Part shown: piece after piece, positions 31,345 through 41,389 of the stretch
How positions within the stretch are numbered: position 1 is the first letter of the stretch
Layout of the letters: each line of letters starts with the position of its first letter
Assembly: GCA_963665275.2 (NCBI GenBank)
Contig: CAXXIN010000007.1
Coordinates: 512,001-576,000 of the forward strand
Length of the DNA: 64,000 nucleotides
From: Negativicutes bacterium
GTDB lineage: Bacteria; Bacillota; Negativicutes; UBA1444
Reading direction: 5' to 3'
The notes under the pieces: generated by a model
Database searches by the model: none
What the model was told of the DNA's origin: nothing
What the model saw: the letters and a program-made list of their open reading frames with translations, nothing else
Program-made: the position numbers and the translations under genes

Positions 31345-31390
31345 CAAAAAAACGGTCAAGGTGAATACCAGTCACCCCAACCGTTTTTTC
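31345..31390 (-). terminator. Probable terminator after fic
   Basis: aaaaaaacggt..ggtga..tcacc..accgttttttc interrupted stem with T-tracts. Confidence 0.55.
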
Positions 31391-31421
31391 GTCTCTATTC
31401 CATTGCGTTTTGATGCTCTTA

Positions 31422-32564
31422 TCAATCCCTGTTGAATATATCAGTATAGGCCTTGTAAACAAATACTTTTTTCCGTTTGCGATTGTCCAGATTGCTTAAA
31501 ATCCCTTCCTCGCAAAGCCGTTCGAGCAAACGACCACTTGTGGCCGGACTGATGTCCAGTTTCGCGATCGCTTCTTCAATACTGACGGTCGGTTTATCAA
31601 ACAAGCCCTCGTATATCAGCATTGCATTTTCACTGGTTCTGCCCAGTGCATTGATCTTGCGCAAATCATTTTCGCGTAACCCTGTGATATCCCGCGCTAT
31701 TTCCACGGCCTCTTTTGCCGTTTCAATCACACCGGTTAAAAAGAACTTGATCCAGGTCTCATAGTCCCCTTTGATATGGATGTTTGAAAGGCAATCGTAA
31801 TAGGCCTGTTGGTTGCGTTTAATAAACTTGGAAATATACAGTGTAGGTTTGTGCAAAATATGATTTGCAGCCAGATAAAAAGCAATCAGCAACCTTCCGA
31901 TTCTGCCGTTACCGTCTAAAAACGGATGGATCATCTCAAATTGACTATGAATCAGCGCTGCTTTAACCAAGGGTGACATGCGGTCATTTTCATGCATAAA
32001 TTTTTCAAAAGTATCTAAGCATCCATTCAAATAGTCAACAGATGGCGGAACATAGCTGGCGGTGTTGATGGAGTATCCGCCGATCCAGTTTTGTGATCGT
32101 CGAAACTCACCTGGTGTTTTATTTTCGCCCCGTACGCCCGTCATTAGAATCGCATGGATTTCCCGGATCAATCGCAAGGAAAGCGGCAACGTTTCCAATC
32201 GCTCGAATCCATAGCTGGTTGCACTAATATAATTTTTGATTTCCTGAACGTCGTTAGGAACTTCATCAGCCATCCCTGCCTCAGCTTTAATCAAGTCGGA
32301 AAAAGTTGCTCTTGTTCCTTCGATTTGCGAAGACAACGCCGCCTCTTTTCTGGCGTACATATACACAAAGAAACTTGGCGAAATCAAGCTATCCGTAACT
32401 TCGTCCAGCCTACCAATATATCGGTTTGCCTCAGACAACAAATAAATCATTTCATCGTCATATTGAATAGTTGGGTTTTGTGGTGGCAGCTTGGCAGGAA
32501 TAAAAGAAAAGAATCCCGCCTCGCCACTTCCTTGTTTCATTTTTTTGCCTGCACGTGCATCCAT
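31422..32564 (-). CDS. fic: Fic-family protein with N-terminal inhibitory motif and C-terminal wHTH
   Basis: HPFLDGNGRIGR catalytic loop; SSQIEG (S/T)xxxE(G/N) motif. Confidence 0.92.
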   Translation of the reverse strand: MDARAGKKMKQGSGEAGFFSFIPAKLPPQNPTIQYDDEMIYLLSEANRYIGRLDEVTDSLISPSFFVYMYARKEAALSSQIEGTRATFSDLIKAEAGMADEVPNDVQEIKNYISATSYGFERLETLPLSLRLIREIHAILMTGVRGENKTPGEFRRSQNWIGGYSINTASYVPPSVDYLNGCLDTFEKFMHENDRMSPLVKAALIHSQFEMIHPFLDGNGRIGRLLIAFYLAANHILHKPTLYISKFIKRNQQAYYDCLSNIHIKGDYETWIKFFLTGVIETAKEAVEIARDITGLRENDLRKINALGRTSENAMLIYEGLFDKPTVSIEEAIAKLDISPATSGRLLERLCEEGILSNLDNRKRKKVFVYKAYTDIFNRD

Positions 32565-32699
32565 AATCCCACCCCTTAATTTTCAGTCCCAAAGTGATTA
32601 TACTTTGATTTAATTTTCATTTCAATTCTTATTTTGAAAATAAAATTATACTATTTGCATTTTCGCAGTATTTCTGATGATAAATTCTCCTCGCGGCTG

Positions 32700-33583
32700 A
32701 CGAGGATCAGCAACGAAGATTTGAGCATAGAACCTGTTCAGCACATCCTGCTGGCATGCAACCTCTTTCATGCACTCCCCTCCGGCAGCAGGTTTCCAGT
32801 GATAGTGAAATAATGGGCGCAGTCATATATTTCAATCCTGCTACCGCGCTTTTTGCACTTTGGCCCCGGCTTCTTGCCCTTGATGATGATATGCAACCCC
32901 CTCCCACTCGGGCTAATTTCCGTATAGGAATTAAACTGCTTCACAATGTCGATCGCACAAGGTTCTATTTCACCCGTTTGTTGGTTTCTGCATTTCTCCA
33001 GGTCAATTCCGCAGTAGGCGTCGGTCGTGAATATTTCGCCCCGAATGCGCAATGAATCCGCACAAAATGAGCAGTCGTCACGCTGGCATTGAGTAGCCCG
33101 TTCAAAACGAAGGCGTATGCCAAACAAATAACTTTTCTGGCAGGGAAGATATCTTGCAAAAGCTAAGCGGAATATAGGATTATGCAGTCACGTTCCGTGA
33201 GGATCGTAAAACAATCCTCGCGGAAACGCGACTCAACTCATAAAATCCGATAATGGATGCGTGAGCACTGCTCATTTCGAGCGTGACGACTGCTCAATCC
33301 GAGCGGAATAGGTGCTCAACTCACGCGAAATATTCAGGTCGAAGCAAATACAAATCCAATGCCAGAAATGTTATTACTCTCTGTCATGGCTTCCGCTGCT
33401 TCCGTATATATCCCCCAGGTGTTAGGGTCTGTAGGATCTGCATTGCTGCCTGTCTTTAGGGTTACCGGTGTTTTGTCAACCATCACTCCTTTGCTGTTTT
33501 TTGCGCGGTCCCCACAAAATCCAATGTGGTCGGTCTTTCAGCTCCTGCGGTATGTTCTCATAGGATATGTTTTGTTTAAGCAA
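32700..33583 (-). pseudogene. Phage/satellite primase-polymerase N-terminal domain, frameshifted, truncated and MITE-interrupted
   Basis: YENIPQELKDRPHWILW..KTP...G.NADPTDPNTWG..GIGFVFASTDAYCGIDL..SYTEISPSGRGLHIII.G..IEIYD..YFTITGN after removing the insert. Confidence 0.8.
33028..33336. mobile_element. 309-bp non-autonomous IS21-type element (MITE)
   Basis: TGAATATTTCGC...GCGAAATATTCA ends, GGTCG duplicated at 33023-33027 and 33337-33341, subterminal TGCTCA repeats, no ORF. Confidence 0.88.
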
Positions 33584-33620
33584 CTTTTATGCACCCCATT
33601 GCTGCCCCCGCATGGCAGCG

Positions 33621-34958
33621 GATAGCGTACAATAAAGTTCGCAAAAGAGAATAGGAAAAACCATCGGCAACTCCGAAAAGGTAAGTGTCCAGCAAACCCA
33701 AAAGGAGTGTAGCGCCGATGGTTTACCAAAATTCTACCGTACCTTTTGAAAAAATGCTAATGAAATTTGTGGCAGACGACGATCCCATGCAGGAAATGCT
33801 CAAGTGGCTCTGCGAACGACTCATGGCAGCCGAAGTGGACGGCAAGCTGGAAGCCCAAAAATCAGAGCGAACCCAAACTCGCCAGGGATATCGCTCAGGT
33901 TATCGAGTCAGGCGATTTGACACGCGAATGGGGACAATGTATCTGATGGTGCCCAAGATCCGAAATGGCGGGTATATCCCATTCTTCCTGGAAGCCAGAA
34001 AACGATCCGAAGCCGCTTTGATGAACGTCATTCAGGAAGCCTATGTAAACGGCGTATCGACACGGAAAATCGACAAACTCACCAAAAGTTTGGGGATCGA
34101 CTCCATCTCCCGCAGTCAGGTTTCGGCCATCACCAAAGAATTAAATGAACAAGTTGAAGCCTTCCGCAATCGCCAGTTGGAAGAGATCTATCCGGTTCTA
34201 TGGGTGGATGCCCTGTATGAACGTATCCGCGATCACCATAGTGTTAAAAACATGGCGGTCCTGGTAGTTACAGGCATTAATTGCGACGGCAAACGCGATA
34301 TCCTGGCGATTGAACCGATGGTTGAGGAATCCGCCGCCACGTATACCCAACTGTTCGACAATCTCAAAGCCCGGGGAGTAAAAAAGGTCTGGTTGGTTGT
34401 ATCGGATGCGCATAAGGGGCTGGTCAAAGCCGTGAGGGAATCCTTCGTTGGTTGCGCCTGGCAACGCTGCAAAGTCCATTTCATGCGAAATATCTTGGCC
34501 CATATATCCAGCCGGGAAAAGAAAACCTTTGCGGAAAAACTCAAGCAAATCTGGCTCCAGCCTGACTATGACAGCGCCAAAAAATATGCGGCGTCTCTGA
34601 TGGACGATTATGAAACAAGATATCCGGAAGCGATTGCCACATTGGAAGACGGTCTGGAAGAATCGCTGCAGTTTTTCAGTTTCAATGAAATCGACTCGCG
34701 AAAAATCTCATCCACTAATCTGTTGGAACGGCTAAACAAGGAAATCCGGCGTCGAACAAAGGTGGTCGGTATCTTCCCGAGTATGGATTCCTATGTTCGC
34801 CTAGTAACCAGTTACTTGATTGAATACAGCGAGGATTGGTCTAGCGGGCGATCTTATATTCATCCCATGATCATTACAGAGATCCAGCAAAAACTCGATG
34901 CGGCTGCTTAACCAAGCTGAAGTGCCGATGATTTTTGCGAACATTATTTGACACTATC
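33621..34958 (+). mobile_element. Complete IS256-family element
   Basis: IRs GATAGCGTACAATAAAGTTCGCAAAA / GATAGTGTCAAATAATGTTCGCAAAA; 8-bp duplication TGGCAGCG at 33613-33620 and 34959-34966. Confidence 0.93.
33685..34911 (+). CDS. IS256 DDE transposase
   Basis: GVSTRK, LWVDA, VVSDAHKGL, WQRCKVHF, STNLLERLNKEIRRR. Confidence 0.95.
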   Translation: MSSKPKRSVAPMVYQNSTVPFEKMLMKFVADDDPMQEMLKWLCERLMAAEVDGKLEAQKSERTQTRQGYRSGYRVRRFDTRMGTMYLMVPKIRNGGYIPFFLEARKRSEAALMNVIQEAYVNGVSTRKIDKLTKSLGIDSISRSQVSAITKELNEQVEAFRNRQLEEIYPVLWVDALYERIRDHHSVKNMAVLVVTGINCDGKRDILAIEPMVEESAATYTQLFDNLKARGVKKVWLVVSDAHKGLVKAVRESFVGCAWQRCKVHFMRNILAHISSREKKTFAEKLKQIWLQPDYDSAKKYAASLMDDYETRYPEAIATLEDGLEESLQFFSFNEIDSRKISSTNLLERLNKEIRRRTKVVGIFPSMDSYVRLVTSYLIEYSEDWSSGRSYIHPMIITEIQQKLDAAA

Positions 34959-35002
34959 TGGCAGCGGGACTTTTTCTCTTAGGAATAGAGAAGGCGACGC
35001 AT

Positions 35003-35948
35003 TTACGCGCCGCCCCAGAGTTCACTCGCCGGCCAATATCCGGCTTGACTGATAGTCTGCTTTCGTTCCGTAATAATTTCATCCACCGCAAGTCTTGGTA
35101 CTGGGTCTTTAACATCGTAGACGTTTCTCCACTCAAGCGCTTTTTCGATCCATACCCTTGTCCGGTTCTTTTTCCTGTCATACATTGTCACAATTCTGTT
35201 AAGGCGATCCAGCTCTTTTTTATTGAGGTAATTTTTTGCCACCGTAATATCGCTTTTCAAAATCTTTCCGGCAGGAGATGCTTTCCAGTTAGTTAGTCCC
35301 ATTGTCGGGTGTGCGCTGGAGGCTCTATCATGAATTATTTCCGCCGCAGTTTTTCCGGTTATGGCAAAGTGCATTTTATTCTGGACAAAAGCATAGAATG
35401 CCTTCGTTTCCTCTGAACCCGAATTATAATCGCTACTGCACTGTTCAAAGACATCGGCAATTTTCTGGTAAGCCCTACGTTCAGAAGCCCTGATCTCCCT
35501 AATGCGCTCTAACAGCTCATCAAAATAATCCTTGCCAAATGGTCTTCCGTTTTTCAGCATCTCATCATTCAATACAAATCCTTTTAAAATGTACTCCTTT
35601 AATGTTTGAGTTGCCCATATTCTAAACTGAGTAGCCTTTATCGAATTCACCTGGTAGCCGACTGCAATAATGGCATCAAGGTTATAAAATTCGACATTGC
35701 GTTTTATATTTCTTTCGCCTTCGTTTTGAACTGTTTCCATAACGGAAACAGTTGCATTTTTTCAAGTTCACCGGATTCATAGATATTTTTAAGATGCTTA
35801 GAAATGGCGGCTTTCTGAACATCGAACAGTTCTCCCATAGCTTTTTGTGTCAACCAAAAATTTTCATCAGCAAAAAAAAACACATGACTTTTACTTTGCC
35901 TTCATCAGTTTGATAAAGTATTATTTTATTTTTTTAATGTTTTATCCA
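35003..35948 (-). pseudogene. rhuM: RhuM (virulence RhuM family) gene, 5' frameshifted and 3' replaced by unrelated sequence
   Basis: WLTQKAMGELF..ISKHLKNIYESGEL upstream out of frame; YNLDAIIAVGYQVNS..ATQFRIWAT, DYFDELLERIREIRASERR; homology stops at RIVTMY (~35180). Confidence 0.8.
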
Positions 35949-35968
35949 CCGTTCGACCTACTCCTTTC

Positions 35969-36988
35969 CTATCCAAGGAAAACATTCTCATTGTGCCATT
36001 CAAGATATTGTGGATCGGGAAGTTGATCTTTTCGTTCCGGCAAAATAATCAATTTGCTGCCATGATGCGCATAGTATTCTTTGCCGTTGCCGAAAACCTC
36101 TTTTATCCGATGACTAACTTCTACGATGAGATTCTTGTCAACGGTAATATAGCCCCTGTCAAAAAGAGTGTGAAAATCACTTCTGAGAAGTAGTCCATTG
36201 CTGATTTTATGTGGCCCCTCCAGACCGTATGGCTTAATATGTGCAGCCTCTAAAACCGGCAAGGTTTTCTCTCCGGTGATTGCACATTTACGTTGATATG
36301 CGTCCGTTATCAAAACCTTGAATGCTCCCTGCCCAATTCTTGGCTTAATGATCTGTTCCTTTCCGTAACGGTTTTCAGCACTTTCCCCCACAGCCCATGG
36401 TTGCATCAATCTTTGCAATTTAAGCTTGTCTTGTACCTGCTCATAAAGCGTCATCCCGATCATTTCTCGCGTATCATACGTTTTACCTTGAACTATGTTG
36501 CGATTCCAATTTTGTGGAACCGGAATCCAGTCCTCTTCATCAAAATAAAATGGCGTGGATAGAATAATACATCCGATGTACGGGTCGGGATCAGATAAAC
36601 GATTCGTTTTTTTGTATTTGTAAATTCGATTGTTAAGTTCCATAAGATTTATAGCGCCATTTGCAATGCCAAATGCCTCCCATGCTAAGGAAGATGGCAA
36701 AATTGAAAACTTCAGAAAGAGCCCTCCGCCCACAATGTAATCCTTGGGGCTATGAAGCTTGAACAAAAAAAGGTCGCCTTCAGCCAGAGCCAAAAAATTG
36801 GTACGGCCTCCCGGCTTCCAAAAATTCACTTCGTCGCAGTTCGCCTGCTTTATAGTTTTAAACCAGTCAAAATCTGTGACCCCGACATACATCTTCACAG
36901 GCATCCGCGTCCTTATCCCAAATTCAAAACTTACCATTTGAGCGGCGGAATTATTCATCACAAGCCGTAATCCGCTATTAACAATCAA
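35969..36988 (-). CDS. HNH endonuclease with N-terminal putative reader domain (candidate modification-dependent nuclease)
   Basis: C-terminal CAITG..LEAAHIKP..NGLLLRSDFHTLFDRGY; N-terminal YVGVTDFDWF..EVNFWKP..FLFKLH. Confidence 0.85.
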   Translation of the reverse strand: MIVNSGLRLVMNNSAAQMVSFEFGIRTRMPVKMYVGVTDFDWFKTIKQANCDEVNFWKPGGRTNFLALAEGDLFLFKLHSPKDYIVGGGLFLKFSILPSSLAWEAFGIANGAINLMELNNRIYKYKKTNRLSDPDPYIGCIILSTPFYFDEEDWIPVPQNWNRNIVQGKTYDTREMIGMTLYEQVQDKLKLQRLMQPWAVGESAENRYGKEQIIKPRIGQGAFKVLITDAYQRKCAITGEKTLPVLEAAHIKPYGLEGPHKISNGLLLRSDFHTLFDRGYITVDKNLIVEVSHRIKEVFGNGKEYYAHHGSKLIILPERKDQLPDPQYLEWHNENVFLG

Positions 36989-37083
36989 ATCCAGTAATTT
37001 CTTCCCTCTGTAAAATCGGTATGCGAAGCATCCCTGAATAAGAGAAACAATACTATATTTTTCTTAAAACAAGGCACCGTTTC

Positions 37084-38136
37084 TTAGTCAAAAAGATGTT
37101 GCGCTTCACAAGCTTCTAAAAAAGGCTTCTTTAAAAAATTGGTATCCGTATTCGGATAACTTTGAGCAAAGCTCAATATTGATTGTAACAACTCATGGGG
37201 AGACAGTTTACCATGAAAATCATTAACCTGAGTAATCCAATCTTTGGCTTCGGCACTACAGCACTTTTCCTTAAAACGTTCTTCAATATCAAATAATTCA
37301 TCCCAAGTTCGAATCTCTGCCGATAAACGGGGTGGCCCTAATGCTATGTTTATATCATGCGGAGCTAAGTGTTCTATATCAGCCGAATTAAGTTGCAAAT
37401 TAATATCCAGCTTGTATGAAGTTGAATTATAGGCGTAGAACGCTTTCCGTCGATTGCCACTTCTATCATGAAGCGGGTCTTTTGCCTGCTTATACATACT
37501 GTTACACTTATTGCATGCTGGAGCCAAGTTTCTAAAATTAATCGACGAAAAAGGGTATTTGCTTTTGGGCAAGTAATGATCATACGCTTCGCGCATCTTA
37601 GAGTACTCACCTTCAATATCACTCAAACCACAAAAAGGGCACTTTCCAAGTTTATTAACGGTCACGAACTGATGATAATGCTCGCCAATCACTCCAATTT
37701 TTTCTGCTACCGTTCGCAAAGTAAGAAAATCCTTTGCATATAGCGGTTCAAAAAATCGTTTTAATGCTCGCCCCAAAGTTGCATGCTGAATATTTATCTC
37801 TGCATATGTTATCGGAACACAGGAAGGATTATTATGGCACAGGTCTTCAATATCATTATTCGATTGATACCAACCTTGTAACTGACTCAGGGAAAACGGC
37901 TTAGGATCTTTAAAGATTAAAAATATCTCTTGTATCCCTTTGATGAAAAAATCTGCACCTTTGGGCTCGGTATGGTAAAAATCAACGATCAGTTCTTTTA
38001 GATCAGGCTTGCCATTAAATAGTGAAATGTCATAATCGCATCCTGGAGCCTTACACCAAACCTGATAAAAAATATAATCAATATACTCCTGCATTTTTTC
38101 CACGGAGTGATTAATATATTTGTAAGGAAATAGCAT
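37084..38136 (-). CDS. HNH nuclease (PtuB-like) partner of the ATPase
   Basis: CPFCG..YDHYLPKSKYP..NLAPACNKCN; start overlaps ATPase stop (TAATG). Confidence 0.8.
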   Translation of the reverse strand: MLFPYKYINHSVEKMQEYIDYIFYQVWCKAPGCDYDISLFNGKPDLKELIVDFYHTEPKGADFFIKGIQEIFLIFKDPKPFSLSQLQGWYQSNNDIEDLCHNNPSCVPITYAEINIQHATLGRALKRFFEPLYAKDFLTLRTVAEKIGVIGEHYHQFVTVNKLGKCPFCGLSDIEGEYSKMREAYDHYLPKSKYPFSSINFRNLAPACNKCNSMYKQAKDPLHDRSGNRRKAFYAYNSTSYKLDINLQLNSADIEHLAPHDINIALGPPRLSAEIRTWDELFDIEERFKEKCCSAEAKDWITQVNDFHGKLSPHELLQSILSFAQSYPNTDTNFLKKPFLEACEAQHLFD

Positions 38137-39854
38137 TATGTGTCCTCCATGCTATCCAGCACTCTTTTCACGAATAGTATCTTCTCAACCGAATCGCCGA
38201 GCAAAGAATTAACTTCTTCAATCAATTCTTGCTTAGGCGCGCCTACCTCAAACCGTTTTTTAATTTCATCAAGTTGCTTTTCGGCGTAGCCGCCAATAGT
38301 TTCAGTCTTGCCAAAAGATGTCATCGTAATTTTGTTGATCGATGCACCCAAAGTATTGTAATCTGGTCGCCGAACCTCTACCGTCTTCATCCTGAAATTT
38401 TTATTAAATAATAGAACATACTCCTTGCGACTATCTGAAATTAAAAAGGGAGAATGAGTTGTAATCAACATTTCGCGCATCGTGTTCTGAGCTTTTCCCT
38501 CACTAAAACACTCGCGCAGCCTTGTGATAAATTTTGCCCGCCAATCTGGGTCGAAGTGGGTTTCAGGCTCATCCATGAGAAAGAGGCAGTTTTCATCTTT
38601 ATATAAAAGACATAATCCTAACGAATGAATAAATTGATGTTCGCCATCAGAAAGCGATTTCGTATAAATCACGCCCTCTATTTCGCCCTTATCAAGCATA
38701 AATTCTTTGATCCGAAAAACACTTTCTTCATTCAAAGAAATCGCAGTCATATCTTGCTTTAAATATATATTTTTCGACTTATAAATGTGTGCTCGGGTTT
38801 CCAAATCAATCACACAATAATTAAGTGTATGTAGTATTTGGAATGCCTGAAATAAATTTAATGGATAACTTTGGAAATGATATTGGAAAGCTTCTTTGGT
38901 TGCTTCATCAACACAAAAATCCAAAATACGAAATTTCGCCATGCCGTCATCGCCATAAATGGTATGTTGAGCAGTAGAACAGTTTTCTAATCGGTCCATT
39001 GTAGTTTTAAGCTTTAAAGTAAGTTCTCTACGAATCTTATTGGGGTCAAGTTTTTCGTTTTCCGTCATTGCTTCAAAAACATCGTCATGAATTATCTCAT
39101 AGCGATGTTTGTTAATAATTAGCCGGAATTCTTTTACTGCTTTAAGGCCTAATTCTTTCTCAAACGGATACAACACGTCTTTGGGTTGCAAAAGAAGATT
39201 GCTCAATAAAATAGCTTGGCTAAGCTGCTCATCAAGATAAATCAACCTTCCCTCCGGGGTTTGTCCGTAATAATCATCCCGTATCAACAAGTCTCTATAC
39301 TCATCAAAGTGAATAAATCTCATTTTGAAAAAAGGCACACTCAAAATTTCATTCTCGCCCGAAGAATACGCCATAATATATTTGGGTAATAGCTGTTTTG
39401 CGGTTTTTTTATCGAGCGCTTCACTGTAGTCAGTCGCTTCGTTTTGGTTAAGCCAAAACATAGCCGGCGGCTTGCTCAATCTTTTTTCGATGCGAACTTG
39501 CGCAATATTGAGCTTGGATTCACTCCTCAAAGAATCTGGCACAGGAATAAAGTACTCCAGTTCAAAAGCATCAGGAGTACTTACTTCTTCTCGAAATCCG
39601 CCTGGATTTTTTTCTTCATCATAGCGAAAATTATCCGGTCGATACTGCAAATACATACATTCAATATGATAAAAGATCGCCGCTAATGCTTCTAATACAT
39701 TAGACTTCCCACTTCCATTCGGTCCCGCCAAAATGTACGGATTGAATTCGCCTGCCTCCGCATAGTTCCAGTCACGCAGAAAATAAACCTCAAAACCCGC
39801 TTGTAAGCTTCTGAAGCCAGTGGGATCGGTTATTTTCAAGCGTAATAGTTTCAT
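38136..39854 (-). CDS. Restriction-system-associated ABC-type ATPase (PtuA-like)
   Basis: Walker A GPNGSGKS, signature LSDGEHQ, Walker B LMDEPETH, H-loop ITTHSP; ATGA overlap with hsdS. Confidence 0.88.
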   Translation of the reverse strand: MKLLRLKITDPTGFRSLQAGFEVYFLRDWNYAEAGEFNPYILAGPNGSGKSNVLEALAAIFYHIECMYLQYRPDNFRYDEEKNPGGFREEVSTPDAFELEYFIPVPDSLRSESKLNIAQVRIEKRLSKPPAMFWLNQNEATDYSEALDKKTAKQLLPKYIMAYSSGENEILSVPFFKMRFIHFDEYRDLLIRDDYYGQTPEGRLIYLDEQLSQAILLSNLLLQPKDVLYPFEKELGLKAVKEFRLIINKHRYEIIHDDVFEAMTENEKLDPNKIRRELTLKLKTTMDRLENCSTAQHTIYGDDGMAKFRILDFCVDEATKEAFQYHFQSYPLNLFQAFQILHTLNYCVIDLETRAHIYKSKNIYLKQDMTAISLNEESVFRIKEFMLDKGEIEGVIYTKSLSDGEHQFIHSLGLCLLYKDENCLFLMDEPETHFDPDWRAKFITRLRECFSEGKAQNTMREMLITTHSPFLISDSRKEYVLLFNKNFRMKTVEVRRPDYNTLGASINKITMTSFGKTETIGGYAEKQLDEIKKRFEVGAPKQELIEEVNSLLGDSVEKILFVKRVLDSMEDT

Positions 39855-41389
39855 TTTTTGCGCCTCATAACCATCATTTTTTTCTCTTTGTCAAAAAGCT
39901 GCACCAACTGAGGATTTTCTCCACTAAGCATTTCAAAGAGTGTCCTTTTCACGTCTTCATATTGGGGCAGTTCGTCAAATGCGGCGGTTTCAATCTTGGA
40001 CCACAATTCGTCAAATGAAAAAGTTTTCTCACTCGTTGTATCGATAAGATTTTTCAAAGCTTCCACTGAATATTTCCGAGAACTCGTCACTTCTGCATTC
40101 GACGGATTCATGGAAAATTTTATGGGATCATTGTGATTAAGCACCTCGTCTGGTACCATCTCTTGAATAGGAACCCGACTCAAATCCAATTCGCCTTTAA
40201 ATGCCCGCTGACTGAGCGAAGCATAAAGGGCCTCCAATCCGGTGAGACTTTCAGTATATCTTGTTTTAAGAGCTTCGACTTTTTCTACAATGTCGGCAAA
40301 TTGATTTTGGAGTGTTCGTTCTGGACTTAATACTTCAAACAAAAGAATATCTTGTTGATTGATACTCGACTGATTTACTGCATTTTTCGCTCTACGTTTT
40401 ATTTGGGCTTTAATATATTCTGTTCTCCACAAGAACATCAAAAAAACTGGTGTTAATAATTTTGGGTTTAAATGGAATTTCATCATGTTTGATTCGTAGA
40501 CAATATCCTCTGAAATATCTGGCACGATACCTATTTTCCCAAGATACTCCATGCTATTAACGCGGTTGATTAATATATCATCTTTTTTCACTGCATATTG
40601 GTCAATTTCGATTTGGGTCAACGTTACTCTTTTTAGTTTTTCAATAAATTCAACATAACCATCATAAAATGAATCTATCCGAATAATTTTTGTTCCGCTT
40701 CCATACATAGATTGATGCTTATACAAGCCATTTTGCGGGAAGATATTTAAACAATCACCTAATCTTTTCTTTTCCCATCCCTTCTCATTCCGCACCGGAT
40801 CGCCAAACATCTCAATAAAAGTACTTTTCAAGAATTCATCCACCAACCTGATGCTCTCTTTTCGTTTGGCAATCAGCGTTTCCGCTCGGGTGAGAACATT
40901 GGCAATGCGAATTTGGTCGTCGAGGTTCTCGGGGAGAGGAATTTGTGTTGACTCTATAAATTGACGGGATATTCCTCCAACAGTTGCGCCACGAAAGTCA
41001 TTAAGTATCTGTTTTTTACCCTCTGACGATCTCAAGAAAAAATAAACATATTTTGCAAAACCTTTTTTTTGATCAATAGCAATACGAAATACATGTTCAT
41101 TAATAGCCGCTTTAGCATAGGGAAATGAATTTCCAACGAAAGATACCTTCCCTGTAGTTGCACCATCTTTTACGATCAAAATATCATTGCATTTTATTTT
41201 TCCCGTTTTCAATCTGCAAAAAAAACTGACTGTAATAAATTTATTTTTATGGAAGTTAAACTTTCCATCTTCTGATAAGTGCTCCGCGCCCAGACTAGGT
41301 ATTGTCCCTGTTTCAGATGAAACACCGCCTTGAGGCCTGGCACCAGATTCCAATTCTTTTACAAGACCAGCAAGTTTAACTACTCTCAT
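39851..41389 (-). CDS. hsdS: Type I RM specificity subunit with ~110-aa C-terminal extension
   Basis: Two TRDs, IPLP..DDQIRIA, F.EMFGDP..N.KGW, LQNQFA..QRAFKGEL, then extra domain. Confidence 0.9.
   Translation of the reverse strand: MRVVKLAGLVKELESGARPQGGVSSETGTIPSLGAEHLSEDGKFNFHKNKFITVSFFCRLKTGKIKCNDILIVKDGATTGKVSFVGNSFPYAKAAINEHVFRIAIDQKKGFAKYVYFFLRSSEGKKQILNDFRGATVGGISRQFIESTQIPLPENLDDQIRIANVLTRAETLIAKRKESIRLVDEFLKSTFIEMFGDPVRNEKGWEKKRLGDCLNIFPQNGLYKHQSMYGSGTKIIRIDSFYDGYVEFIEKLKRVTLTQIEIDQYAVKKDDILINRVNSMEYLGKIGIVPDISEDIVYESNMMKFHLNPKLLTPVFLMFLWRTEYIKAQIKRRAKNAVNQSSINQQDILLFEVLSPERTLQNQFADIVEKVEALKTRYTESLTGLEALYASLSQRAFKGELDLSRVPIQEMVPDEVLNHNDPIKFSMNPSNAEVTSSRKYSVEALKNLIDTTSEKTFSFDELWSKIETAAFDELPQYEDVKRTLFEMLSGENPQLVQLFDKEKKMMVMRRKK

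Noticed and set aside
33255-33336. Short TGCTCA repeats as a mini CRISPR array or iterons
   Set aside because: They are subterminal repeats inside the IS21-type element, bounded by IRs and a target duplication.
35740-35950. Programmed frameshifting or phase variation in rhuM at the A-run
   Set aside because: More than one shift appears to be needed and the gene is also 3' truncated, so decay or sequencing error is more likely.
37084-39854. Retron-associated PtuAB or PrrC call
   Set aside because: No reverse transcriptase or msr-msd inverted repeat seen nearby, and the partner is an HNH protein rather than a fused HEPN anticodon nuclease.
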